A stretch of 61,731 nucleotides of DNA, the filler included, from Dimorphilus gyrociliatus (taxonomy: Eukaryota > Animalia > Annelida), in NCBI GenBank assembly GCA_904063045.1. It is 4 parts of 4 records of this genome, joined end to end, with 100 filler letters (N's around TTAATTAATTAA, not from the genome) between each part and the next. Parts side by side here need not be neighbours in the genome. Positions count along the whole stretch, not along the records: positions 1 to 25,686 come from CAJFCJ010000193.1; 3 more parts are not named here. One strand, written 5' to 3'. Shown here piece after piece: positions 11,991 to 23,549 of this stretch. Position numbers and translations under genes: made by a program. The first letter of the stretch is position 1. Each line of letters opens with the position of its first letter. The notes under the pieces were generated by a model. It saw only the letters and a program-made list of their open reading frames with translations. It ran no database searches and was not told the origin of the DNA.

Positions 11991-13417
11991 ATGGAAAATA
12001 TGTTTAGATTACTTTTCATCGGTAAATCTATTTATAATTTAATTTATTATAAATTGTAATTGTTTGAAAATTGTATTTTTCAGTTATCTACGTCTATTAC
12101 GGATCGGTTCAAGGTTTTCAATGTCCTCTTGATGAAAATCTTAAACCAAAAGAAGGAACTTTCAGTGATCCTATTTATTGTAATGTTTATTACCACTGTA
12201 TAAACGGTACAGCATACCCTCAGCAATGTCCACCTGGATTACTTTTTACAGTAAAGCTTAAAAACTGCCGCTACTCTTTATGCGTAGATCCTAGTCAAGC
12301 ACATTGTCCAGGAGAAGAAATCGTTATATTAAACAATGTCTCAAATCAAAAGTCTGCTGTACAACAACCATCTTCTAAAGATAACTCTCATCAGGATTTT
12401 AAGTGTGATCCGAATATTGATGGAACTTTTCCAAACCCTTCAGATTGTCGCCAGTATTATCATTGCGTATCAGGCATTTCTTGGCCACAGCAATGCCCGT
12501 CAAACTATTATTTCAGTCCAACATTTAATGTTCGCGATTGTCAAGTGAAAGTTTGCGTTCCACTATCAGAGGCTCAATGCCCTGTGCATGGAGGTTGGTC
12601 TCAGTGGTCTGAATTTGGAGAGTGCTACCCTTCATGCGGCAATGGATTAAGAGTGAGAACTAGGGAATGCGACAATCCACCACCTTCAAATGGAGGAAAA
12701 CCTTGCATAGGAGATCAGGTTGAAATAAAACAGTGTAGTCAATCTGATTGTTTAATACCAGCAAATTCAGAACCAGTATTTTATATCGCCAATATAAGAA
12801 TTAGAGAAGTACAACACACTCATACGTTTGAAAGAATTCTAATAAATCAAAGAAACCTTATAAATGTAACAAATTCACATTTAAATGTTAAAGAAGCTGG
12901 ATTTTACTACACTTCATTCGGTATTACTACCTCTAAAAAATATTCTGGATTTATGAATGGTCTTGATAAGAGAACTACTATATACAAATCACATTCAAGG
13001 TCTGGAATGGAAACTGATGCAGTTGGATCATTAAACAAATTGCTACCAACATCAACTTATCGTCGTGAAGTTGACACAGCAACCTCTGTACTTGGTACTG
13101 AAACGGGATTCGATACTTACTGGCTCGGATTTAAATATACAACAAATCATGTCCTATCTGTTGGTTCATTACAAATTACAAGAGGGCCAAGAGTAGTAAT
13201 CTTCTCTCAGATATTTGAAAACAAAGGAATAATAGCAACTCCAACAATGTTTCGCGTAATTGAGGATGGATATTATTTTGTTGATTTAAATGTAGGAGTA
13301 AGGAAACAATCAAACGTTCGTATCAGAAAAAATAATCAACCTATTCCAGAATTATCTATAAATTTAGTTGATAAGCAAGAAGATTGGTTTTATACAAAGT
13401 CAAAATCGTCAATAATT
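11991..13417 (+). CDS. 2xCBM14-TSP1-gC1q paralogue, gene C (open up to the assembly gap; 3' part missing)
   Basis: Exon 1 is 11991-12021 (MENMFRLLFI), the intron is 12022-12083, and exon 2 is open until the N gap at 13418-13427, midway through the second C1q module. Confidence 0.85.
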
Positions 13418-13427
13418 NNNNNNNNNN

Positions 13428-14753
13428 AAGTTGTCAGCAGGGGGAGATTGTGAAACCATATGTGGTGAAGAAGAAATTCAGACTAGAAGGAGAAAGTGTG
13501 AAAATTCACCTCCATCTAATGGTGGAGATGACTGTCCAGGTGTTTCAATTGAGATAAGGTCATACATGAATCCAACTGTACAGAATATGAATATACAACT
13601 TTAATGGTTTCAATGAAAAGGTCTGTCCAGTTGAACAAAGGCAAAGTTAAATGGAGTTCAGTTGATTTAAATATTAATAATCTATTTAGCATTTCAAATA
13701 ATGCCATGCGTATTAAAGATCAAGGCATTATTAACTGTCACAACAGCAAGTTCATCAGGGGTATCAATGACCTGAAAAAAACTGGCAGATCTATAGAATT
13801 AACCAGAGCAAAAGGTAGTGGTGGATTGGATGTGTCAACAAGAGCTGGATTATTTTCTTTAAATAGTCTTTTTAGTCCTTCTGTTGAACAAGATTTTGAT
13901 TCAGCTCATGTTATTGGTAGTAATGATGGAAAAGAAATGGCATGGATGGGTTTTAGATATCAAACAGATGCGTATTTATTTGCTACAACTGACTATTCAG
14001 CAAATTATCAGAGTGAAAGTGTTCCACTTCCAAATATTATTACTCTAAAAGGATTTCACATTAGTCTAAATTTTAATGAGTTTAGAGCTCCAAGTGATGG
14101 AATTTACTTTATTCATTTTGGCTCTAGATTTGGTAATTATCATGAAATGTTTTGATACTCAGAAGTTTCGTTACAGTAGGTAGATTTATTTTGAGTGAGA
14201 GATAATCTGTAGAACATCAAGTGTCCAGGGGACAAATAGCAGTTGAGAGACTGGGTAGAAAACTCAAGTTTCAATCAAGGGATATAATTTTATCTACATC
14301 TAAAATGGATACTTATTTAATAGCTTTCAAATTAAATTCTGATCTACCTGCAGTTTCTGTTGAAGTAATGAAAATGAAAAATAGAAGGATAGATTGCTCA
14401 TTTAATGGTTTTTCAAAACAGTCAAATTTAACCTTATTATAGTTGATACAACAAATTCTTGGAATAAACAGAGGAATCTTTTCATTGCAGACTTAGAGGC
14501 CCTGTATTATGTTGATGCAACAGTCACAGCTCCTGCTGGAAAATCTGTAGAAAGTTTTATGGAAGTAAAAGGAGTGAAAATGAGTAGATTAGAGAAATTG
14601 AGCTCTACACATCATGGTGGAGAAATAGTTTCTAGAGGCTATTTAGTAAAGTTGAAGGTAAAGGACACTTTGAAACTAGTTTTTAAGGGTTGTCTAGAGT
14701 ATGAACAACTTCAACCATCGCTTACCATATTTGCTCTTCAAAAAGAACTTTAA
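13428..14753 (+). pseudogene. TSP1-3xgC1q paralogue, gene D (5' part lost in gap; disrupted)
   Basis: A TSP1 remnant (CGEEEIQTRRRKCENSPPSNGGDDCPG) is followed by C1q modules split over ORFs 13604-14155, 14221-14442 and 14559-14753. It is closest to gene F (KGKVKW vs KGKVEW). Confidence 0.7.
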
Positions 14754-15246
14754 TTACATTTGGAACAAAAACTTGATGTTAAATAAAGGGGATTGTCAGT
14801 CTATACTGATTGTGCTAATCCCTAACCTCAACAACTAATCCATGTCCACATAAAGAGAAGAATATATTCAAATAAAGGAGACAAAAATTCCCGACCCATT
14901 TTACCAACTCATTAACAAATCTATTATCTGAAGTTACAAGTGAAGAGTAGTGATAAGATAACAAATGAACTTGGACAACAGCACTTTCCTGATAAAGGAC
15001 AACATACAGTTTTAAGCTTATTTGTAGTTAATTTCAAATGGGATACACCAAACACAATGAAGAGTTCAAAAGCTGTAACTGTTTTCTAGATAACAGAGAT
15101 TTATGGTAATCTGAACAAATTTATGATAAAAAATTTTTGAAACTTTTATTTACACACAGAGATAGGTGAGAATTTTGCAATTTCTGATTAATCTAATTAA
15201 TCTAAATTTAACAAAACAGGGAAAAAAAATATTGAGTTCTGTCAGA

Positions 15247-15554
15247 ATGATGATGATGATAAAAACTGCAAAAGCATTTTTTCTTATTTTTGTAATAGGT
15301 AAAAAAGTTTGAATAATTATAAAAACTGGTATTAATTTTGCAGTGTGTTTGGCAAGACAGAGCATCTGTTTTCTATGGCCAGAGGATCCCATTGGGATGA
15401 AGATTTGCAACTATTAGATGGTGCATTTGCTAATCTGAATAATTGCACTATTTACTACCATTGTATTAATGGAACATCTTATGCTCAGCAATGCCCACCT
15501 GGCCTGTGTTTACAAACAACTGTGTTTACAAGTTTGAAGTATAAAAGCAATTAA
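15247..15554 (+). pseudogene. Truncated single-CBM14 copy, gene E
   Basis: A signal-peptide exon ends ATAG|GTAAAA near 15298 and the acceptor TTGCAG is at 15342. A frameshifted CBM14 (DGAFANLNNCTIYYHCINGTSYAQQCPPGL) follows and ends in a stop. Confidence 0.6.
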
Positions 15555-15649
15555 TTCTTATCAAGATTAAAGATAATATAGTAGATAATAACATATCCTT
15601 TTTGCTATATAAAGGAAAGCCATTTTTTCTTAAAACACACAAATAAACT

Positions 15650-17611
15650 ATGTATTTTTCATATGTAATTACTTTAATGGGTAAATTTTTTATTTCTTTT
15701 CAAATTTTCCTTAAAATTCAACATAAGGTTTTCTTCAGTAATATCATTGGTGGAATGGAGCAATGCCAAATTTGTTTGTCCACTTAATTCTGAATTAAAA
15801 CCAGTTGATGGTTCTTATCCTGATCCTGACTATTGTGGAATTTATTATCATTGCATTAATGGTACAGCCCATCCTCAGCAATGTCCACCTGGTCTTTTCT
15901 TTACAGTTTCTTTTACAAATTGCAAATATTCTTTATGTGTTGAACCACATTTGGCTGATTATCCAGGAGGAGGTAATTCATCAACAGCAATTTTATCAGA
16001 TGATGCTCCTGTGTGTTCCAAGGATGATGACAATACAGTAAACACTTTTGAGAGATCTTGTTATACAAAAATAGTGACTGTGAAGATGATCTAAATGGAA
16101 CATTTCCTAATAAGAATGATTGTAGGCAATATTATCATTGTTACAATGGAGTTTCTTGGCCTCAGCAATGTCCCCAAGGTTACTTTTTCAGTCCATCATT
16201 AAATCTCCGCGAATGTGCAGCAAGAATATGTGTCACTGCTGAAGAATCACAATGTCCAATTGCTGGAGGGTGGTCTGAATGGTCAGAATGGAGTGGATGT
16301 GAACCAAACTGTGGAGATGGTTTGAGAGCTCGTTCAAGAACTTGTACAAATCCTCCACCAGCCAATGGAGGAGATGAATGCCCAGGATGTTCTTCAGATG
16401 TTAAATTATGTACAAATCCTCCTTGTAATTTAAATAAATAGCCAGCATTTATGGTTTCATCAATCAGAGGTCCACACTTTACAAAAGGAAAGGTGGAATG
16501 GATGTCAATAAATCATGATAATGGAAATGTATTCAATGCATCTACAAATGAATTAAATATAAAGAAAAGTGGTTACTATTATATTTCAAATACTGCCACT
16601 ACAACTAAAACTAGTGCAACTAACTTATCATTAAGAAATAGATAAGGGTTAAGTACAACTGCTCAACTTTATCAACAAGAAAGCTATTTCCAGGACACTT
16701 TTGCAAGATCTGGATTATACTTTCTAACTTCTCTCTCCAAGCCAGACATATATTCAACAACAAACTCAATAACTTATAGCAGTAAAATGGGCTCTGAAAC
16801 ATTTTGGTCTGGTTTTTTTTATGATCCTGATGTTGCATTTTTTGCTGGGAGATTTAATAGTGATTCAATAGAGGGAGATGAACGGATTCTTACAAGGATT
16901 GTTTCTATAAAAGGTGCCTATTTAAATAGTGACAGAACACGAATAATAGTAAAAAAAAAGGGATGGTTTTATATTAATTTTGGAACAGGTTTTTCTAGTT
17001 TCATAGATGGTATTGTAAGCTTAACATCAAAAGGCACTTCGATATCTTATGAAAGATCTGCTGCAAAAGGTCATAATAGTATGAAAAGTAATCAAGTCTC
17101 AAGAGGGATTGTTATGGAGCTTGATGCTAACGATTGGATATCTCTAAAACTGGTAAAAGGCACTTCTAGATCACACGAGTTTGATACCTATGTTTCAGGA
17201 TTTCAATTAAATACATCAGTACATACACCAGCATTTTATGCCTATAGAACACGAAATTTAGTAACACAGTCAAGAGTAAAAATTGACTTTGATGAAGTTG
17301 TATTGGATACACATTCTGGATGGAATTCTGCAGATAATACATACAAGACTGCAGTTTCAGGTTTGTATCACATTGATATATCTGCTGGTTCATGGCCAGG
17401 AATACAAACTGTGGTACATGTAAAAGTAAACAACAAGCAAACCTTAAGTATGCAAAGGTTGAAGGCTAGAACAGCATTTGAAAGTATGAGCAGAGCAGGA
17501 ATATTAAAATTGGAAGCAGGTGATACTGTCACAATTGAGACATTACACAGTCTTTATATTGATACCTGGAAGTTAACATCTTTTGTATTGTTTCATGTTT
17601 CTCCACTATAA
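15650..17611 (+). pseudogene. 2xCBM14-TSP1-3xgC1q paralogue, gene F (one frameshift, two in-frame stops)
   Basis: Exon 1 is 15650-15680 and the intron is 15681-15738. There is a frameshift near 16060 and TAA stops ending at 16441 and 16645. The full domain set is still readable through to 17611. Confidence 0.8.
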
Positions 17612-17712
17612 ACTACATTGTCTTTGATTTTAATTCATAATATCAATTTCAATTTCTACATTCCCCCAATCTTTATTCTATCGCTACTCTTATCTAACAA
17701 TTATTATATCCA

Positions 17713-19470
17713 AAATGAATTTAAATTTAACAATCTTCCTTGAACTTTGTTATTAACTGTAATTTCAGCTAACAATTGTGTTAAATGTGTACAGTTAATG
17801 AAACCATATAAATGCCTGGTACATGACAACAAAAGTTATGATTATCAGGATCCCAGCCATTTCCAACATTGAAAATAACATTATCAAATGATACAGTGTT
17901 TAAAGCTGTTGAAATAAAGTCTGTTGTTCTTTCAACTGATATTAAAGGAGAATCATTTGTTCCATTTATTCTGAAAGCAACAAGTCCAATTTGCTTATCA
18001 CTATCGGAGGATATTCTTCCACTTTTTCTGGCAATATGGAAAGTATCACCAGCATTAAAATGTAAAATTACTGATTTTGACATCATATCAAAAACTCTAG
18101 TACTTTTTGTAACTAACAATTGCATCTGATGAACATCATTTCCATTTTTCCTTAGTAAAAAGTGAGAAGAATATTCAGCTTGATAGTTAAAAGTGATGTA
18201 GTAATAGCCTTCTGTAGAAACAGTGAAAATAGAATTTCCAGTTATTCCTTCTTGAGCAAATATATTTGTAAAAGGCATTACCACCAAATTGTGAAAGTCA
18301 TTAACTCTTAGTGCAAACAAGACATTCTCTGTTTAATAACGAAATTCCAACCATGAACTTTCTAATCCATCTTCACTTCCATAAACAAAACCAGGACTTA
18401 AATAGATTTTACGATATATTTGAATAGGAGAAGTGTGCTTATAAAGTGATTGAATTTGATCAGTTGTTTCGCCTCTTCTTATTCCAGTTCTCCAAAATTC
18501 AGTTTCCAAACCAGGCAATCTCCCACGTCCTCTATAGCCACTTTTACTTATCAAAATAAATGAAGAGAAATATATTCCAGGTGTAGTTATATTCATTGTT
18601 GAGTCAGAAGCATCATACAGGTTTTTGCTATTTATCACTACTTTGTCAAAAGGGTGTCAATCATTTGGTTGAAAAGATCTTCTATTACCAACATAAAAAG
18701 CAGGAGAAGGTGAGCCCAACACTGGACAATCCTGTTGATTACATTCCATTGCATCAACACTATTACCCAGACAGCCTGCACCACCATTGTATGGAGGAGG
18801 GTTGTTACATTCTCATGTTCTCACTTTTAGACCATTTCCACACGAGGGAAAGCAGTCTCCAAACTGTGACCATTCAGACCATCCTCCATCTATTGCACAA
18901 AATGCTTCTGAAGAAGGAACACAAACTTGAATATTACAGTTTCAAACATTCAATTTGGGATTGAAAGCCAAATCAGAAGGACACTGTTGTGGCCAAGAAA
19001 CACCATTGACACAATGATAGTTTTGACGACAATCCAAATTGCACTCAAATTCATTTCTATTCCCTTGCTTCTTTTCAAAAGATTTAGCAAAATCATTTCT
19101 TTGTACTGCCAACTCATGATGTTGATGATTATTGAATATAACTGGAGTGTTGCCTGGACATTTCACTTGAGTTGGATCCACACAGATAGAGTATCGACAA
19201 TTTTTCAGTTTAACAGTAAAAAGTAATCCTGGGGGACATTGTTGAGGGAAAGGATTTCCGTTTATACAGTGATAATATACATTGCAAAAAGTAGGATCAG
19301 GGAATGTACCATTGATGGGTTGTAGATCATTATTGAGTGGACATTGAAATTGATTTCCATAAAGAAGTGGAATGATCATTGCTAATGGAATAATATAAAG
19401 AATGATGAATGAGTTAAAAAAATGAATATTTGAAATTACCTAATATACATGCTGTTGATGTAGCCTTCAT
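17713..19470 (-). pseudogene. Inverted, 3'-truncated pseudogene copy of gene A (gene G)
   Basis: High nucleotide similarity to gene A, including the promoter, exon 1 (ATG 19470) and the intron. It has a deletion in CBM14-2 and CGA>TGA stops. Homology ends near 17713. Confidence 0.88.
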
Positions 19471-19519
19471 TTTCAACTCTGTGCCGAAAATGTAGCTGTT
19501 ATTGTTATATATAACTGAA

Positions 19520-19650
19520 GGGGTCAGGTGCGAATGTACCTGGGTACTATCTACTCTGCTATTTAACTTTTATATTGTTACCAGTGTAAGTATTTTATTT
19601 CAAATAAACTATTTAAATGAAACATTTTGTTTAAAGGTTCAAGTAGAACC
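19520..19650. mobile_element. MULE-type terminal sequence plus a dispersed repeat segment
   Basis: GGGGTCAGGTGCGAATGTACCTGGGTAC matches the terminus at 42948 (GGGTCAGGTGCAAACGTACCTGGGTGC). 19548-19650 is homologous to 52621-52730. Confidence 0.6.
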
Positions 19651-20123
19651 AACTGTTGGCCGTCGTAGATCATTGTCTTGGTTAGGTGCCACATATTTTC
19701 AATTGGGCTCAGGCCAGAACTCCTTGCTGTCCAATCAATGGGCTTGGTGTTGTTCATTTTAAAAGCCCTTTTTGTTCTTCTTCCGGTGTGTTATTAAATG
19801 AATAAATGCGTTTGAGACAAGAATGAAATTCCTACAATCTCAATTCTACGATATACTTTACATCAATAATCAGAAATATTACTAATACTCCATTTTTAAA
19901 CACTAGTGAGTTTTTCTTACAAGTGCAGTCAACAATACCCCAATTTTGGGATTGCCAGCCTACACTGATTGTGCTAATCTCTAACCCAAAACCTAACCCT
20001 AAATTTTTTGCTCTATACATCCTTAGACTGGTTTTTTGGCAGTTACATGTAGCACAATGTAATTTAATATTTAAAACTGTTTTTCATACTAGAAATAAAC
20101 ATTTATAGAATAATTTACACATT

Positions 20124-23100
20124 TTATTTTTTTTGTAAAAGTCTTCTCAACAATAGGCCTGATCTTTTAATATCTTCCCTTGAGAGAGATTTTGACCAGG
20201 CAGATGATGTTTTAAAACTGATAAAATAGTCTTCTTGTTCAAAAATAATTGCTTTGTAATCAATTGCCTCATTCAAACAGAAAAAATATTCATGACAAAA
20301 TTCAACAGCAGTAAATATATTAAAAGCTATATTCTTTAAATTTGATGGACTCAACATTTCTTTATCAAAGTTTGCTAATGTTTTAGAGTCATTTGGAGAA
20401 TTTTCAAAGAGAATTTTTTTTGAGAAAGCATTCTTATAAAAACTAAAATCTAAAGAAAAATAGCAAATTTTTTTTTACTGGGACAACAACTGGTAGAGAA
20501 AACAAGTAAAATATTTACATTTTTCACCAATTTCTAATTCTAATTTTTGTTTTTTGTTTTTTCTGAAGAAATTAATTAAAATAAATTGAAAATTTTTAAA
20601 TTTTCTAATTTTACCTGTGTCGTTTAACTATTTCTTTGACTTCTGAAATTGTATAACAATATGGATTCAAAATAGAATTTAAAGGTAGGCAAAACATCAT
20701 TAACCAAGCGTATAGATCATTAGGAATATTCACATCAATTATAATTGATACTAATCCTGATGTTGCATTATCAAAAGAGTGAAAAAAGATAAAAAAAGAC
20801 CTACCTAAACCTGACATAGGAAACCATATTATTGCATTAGATAATGCAATAAAGAAAATACTACTCTTCACAGTAAAACTAGTTTTTTTGGCATAAGAAA
20901 ATTTTCCATCTCTAATAATTAAAAGTGACCACATTTTTATATAAACAATAGATATTGCCAATGTAATAACAAATTGAAAGCAACTTTGAAATAGAAAAGA
21001 AAAAATCCATCCTTCAACTTTTAGACTTCTAATAAAAAAATTTATACAAATTGGAAAATTTGAATAATAGTCCTGAAAAAAAAATTAAGTATATAATAGA
21101 AATGACAATAAATAGAACAATCTACTTTGTAATAGATTAAAGGAAATAATGAACCAAGCAATGAGATGAAGCCAAAAATGATCATAATACCAAATACTAT
21201 TACCAAATTATCAAAATATTTTCTAAAAGGATATTTAATGACAAGATATCTTTCAAGAGAAATTATAAATATTATTAATGAAGATAGAGTTAATGAAAAT
21301 GAAATCATAAATCCAATTGCATTACAAGTAGTACTTTTCCTCCATATTCCATCAATCATGAAATATTTCCCTTTAAATTGTTCATTCTTTATTGCCAAGA
21401 TAATAACTTGAATGCTAGTCAATAAATCACTTAATGGTAATATAATTAAAAAAAGATGAGATTTTCTCTTAAATCTAAAAATTCTAAACATAATTGACAA
21501 TATATTTCCAATAGCTCCAAAGGTACTTATCAACCAACAGAACACTTTCAATATATCTGAAGCTAAGATATCTGAACAAGAAATATACAAAGCACTAGAA
21601 GGATAACAATTAAATGGGTGTTGAATTTTATGCCAAAAATAACAACAATATGAAAAATATTGACTGGAAACTAATTGAATAGAATTTAAATATTTAAAAA
21701 CATCTAATGTTTCTAAATGTATTTTTGAATAATTCAAAATTAAATTGGTTAGTTTGTGAAAGCTAGAGAAACTATTTTGTTCAAAATTTGTAATAAAACA
21801 ATTTTTAATGATTAAATGTGTTAAATGGATATTCTTGTAAAAATGTCTGTTACTGATGTAGTGTAATGACACATTGTCAATTTGGATAAAGAGAATATTG
21901 GGAAAAATCTCAAATGAAAAATCATCTATATCATTTGTATCAATATTTTGCAATGAAACATTTTGAGTAATTGCCATTGGTTTTCTATTAAAGTATTTTG
22001 AAAATTCAATATTCATATTTTGAATTTGAACTGTGATAAGATTAGGAAATACATTATTAAAGAATATTTCATTTATACTTGAGCTATTAATTCTAAGTAT
22101 ATAAATATTTTTAAACATTGAAGTATTCTGGAAAGCAATTATTGCATAATTTATAATTAAAGTTTTGTAATGTGAACTTTGTATCTTGTCAGCAAATTGA
22201 AGTTTTAAATGTTTATTTGTATTATTACAAATGATTGATTTACTTTTAATGTGTAAATCACAGGAAATGTTGAACTCAACAATTGAACATTCAAGTTCAT
22301 CACTGCCATCTGAGCAATCAATGAATTTATTGCAAACTTTATCCAAAGGAATGAATATATTAAATTTTTCACATTTAAAGAAATCTTTTAGTATGAAATT
22401 TTCTAAAAAAATTAAAATTTCAACAATTTGTAGTTTTTATGATAAAATGGTATGAAAAGGTAAACATCTAACATATCCAGAACACTTCAAATCGATATAT
22501 AATATATTAGGACAAGTAAGGCAAACAGAAAGGGCTTTTGGCAATGACACCTTCTAGAGTAAGCAATACTTTAAGATATAAGACACCCTTACAAGAGACT
22601 CACAGAAAGACATTTACCAAGAAAAAGTAGGACTGTGAGAAGGCTTAAAAGAAATTAGGAGAGGGTGACAGCTGGGAAGATTTTAAATGAATTAGAGATA
22701 GCTGTAGGTCTTAAGACAATTCAGAGGGAGGTGAAATGGCAAAAGAGAATACAAGAAAGTGTTGATCTCACACCTAAAAACAATGCTGTTTGAACACTAT
22801 CTGTGATAACTTAGAATGGTCCAGAGTGATTTTTACAGATGAGGCTAAATTCTCACTGAGGACTTCGGGACCTGGACAAATAAAAGCAGAAATGACAGCA
22901 GATTGAAGAAAAATATGGGCAGGGGTGGAGTAATGGTTTGGGGACTAATAAACTCATATGGGGGTTTTTGAGGTTTGATTTTTTAGTTGTTTACTTTATT
23001 ACCGCAATCATTTTCATCATCTCCAAGTCTACAATGTCTAATATTATCGCACAGCAGATTTATTGGTATACAGTAGCCATCTTCTTTACATTTGTATGTT

Positions 23101-23549
23101 CCATGTTTACATTTATAATCAATGCATTGGTATTGATAATGGATTAGATTAACAAGAGGTAAAACTATTCCATTTAGGATGTCGTAATAAAGGTAGCAAT
23201 CATCCTTCGATTTTGAACAGTCTGTAAACAAAACTGGTAAGGTAAAAAATATTCTTTGTCGCCTTCTTTTCTACCCTCTTCGCCTTGTTTGGAACACAAC
23301 TTTGACATTTCATCGCTGCTATCATCGCATTTAAAATTTTTATTACATGTTTCTTTGTTTGGTATGCATTTCTTATTGTCGCAATGAAATAGATTTTTTT
23401 GACAATACTCTTTCAAAATGAATGTTTTCAACAATGTTTTAAAGAATTAAAAAAAAATTATTTTACTATTTTCTCCATTTGGTATGATATTTTTACAAAT
23501 TTCATCAGAAAGGTCTAAACAATTTGGTTGTGCATCACAAAATTTTTCC
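20124..23549 (-). CDS. GRL101/relaxin-receptor-like LGR: multiple LDLa repeats, LRRs, 7TM and a kinase-like C-terminal tail; 5' end cut by MULE insertion
   Basis: LDLa repeats include CIPINLLCDNIRHCRLGDDE, CIPNKETCNKNFKCDDSSDE, FCDAQPNCLDLSDE and CNKFIDCSDGSDELEC. The LGR hinge FSYCC and 7TM motifs (GAIGN, LSDLL, SLERY, CLPLNSILNPYCY) are present. Short GT-AG introns join the ORFs in frame. Confidence 0.82.
22620..22900 (+). mobile_element. Tc1-like transposase fragment within the receptor gene span
   Basis: Reads RRLKRN..TAGKILNELEIAVGLKTIQRE and EWSRVIFTDEAKFSL (22811-22860), the first catalytic D region of Tc1, with stops. Confidence 0.55.

Noticed and set aside
13381-13460. Gene C/D chimeric protein with a second TSP1 after a C1q module
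   Set aside because: The junction is a 10-N gap of unknown true size, and the two sides are parts of different paralogues.
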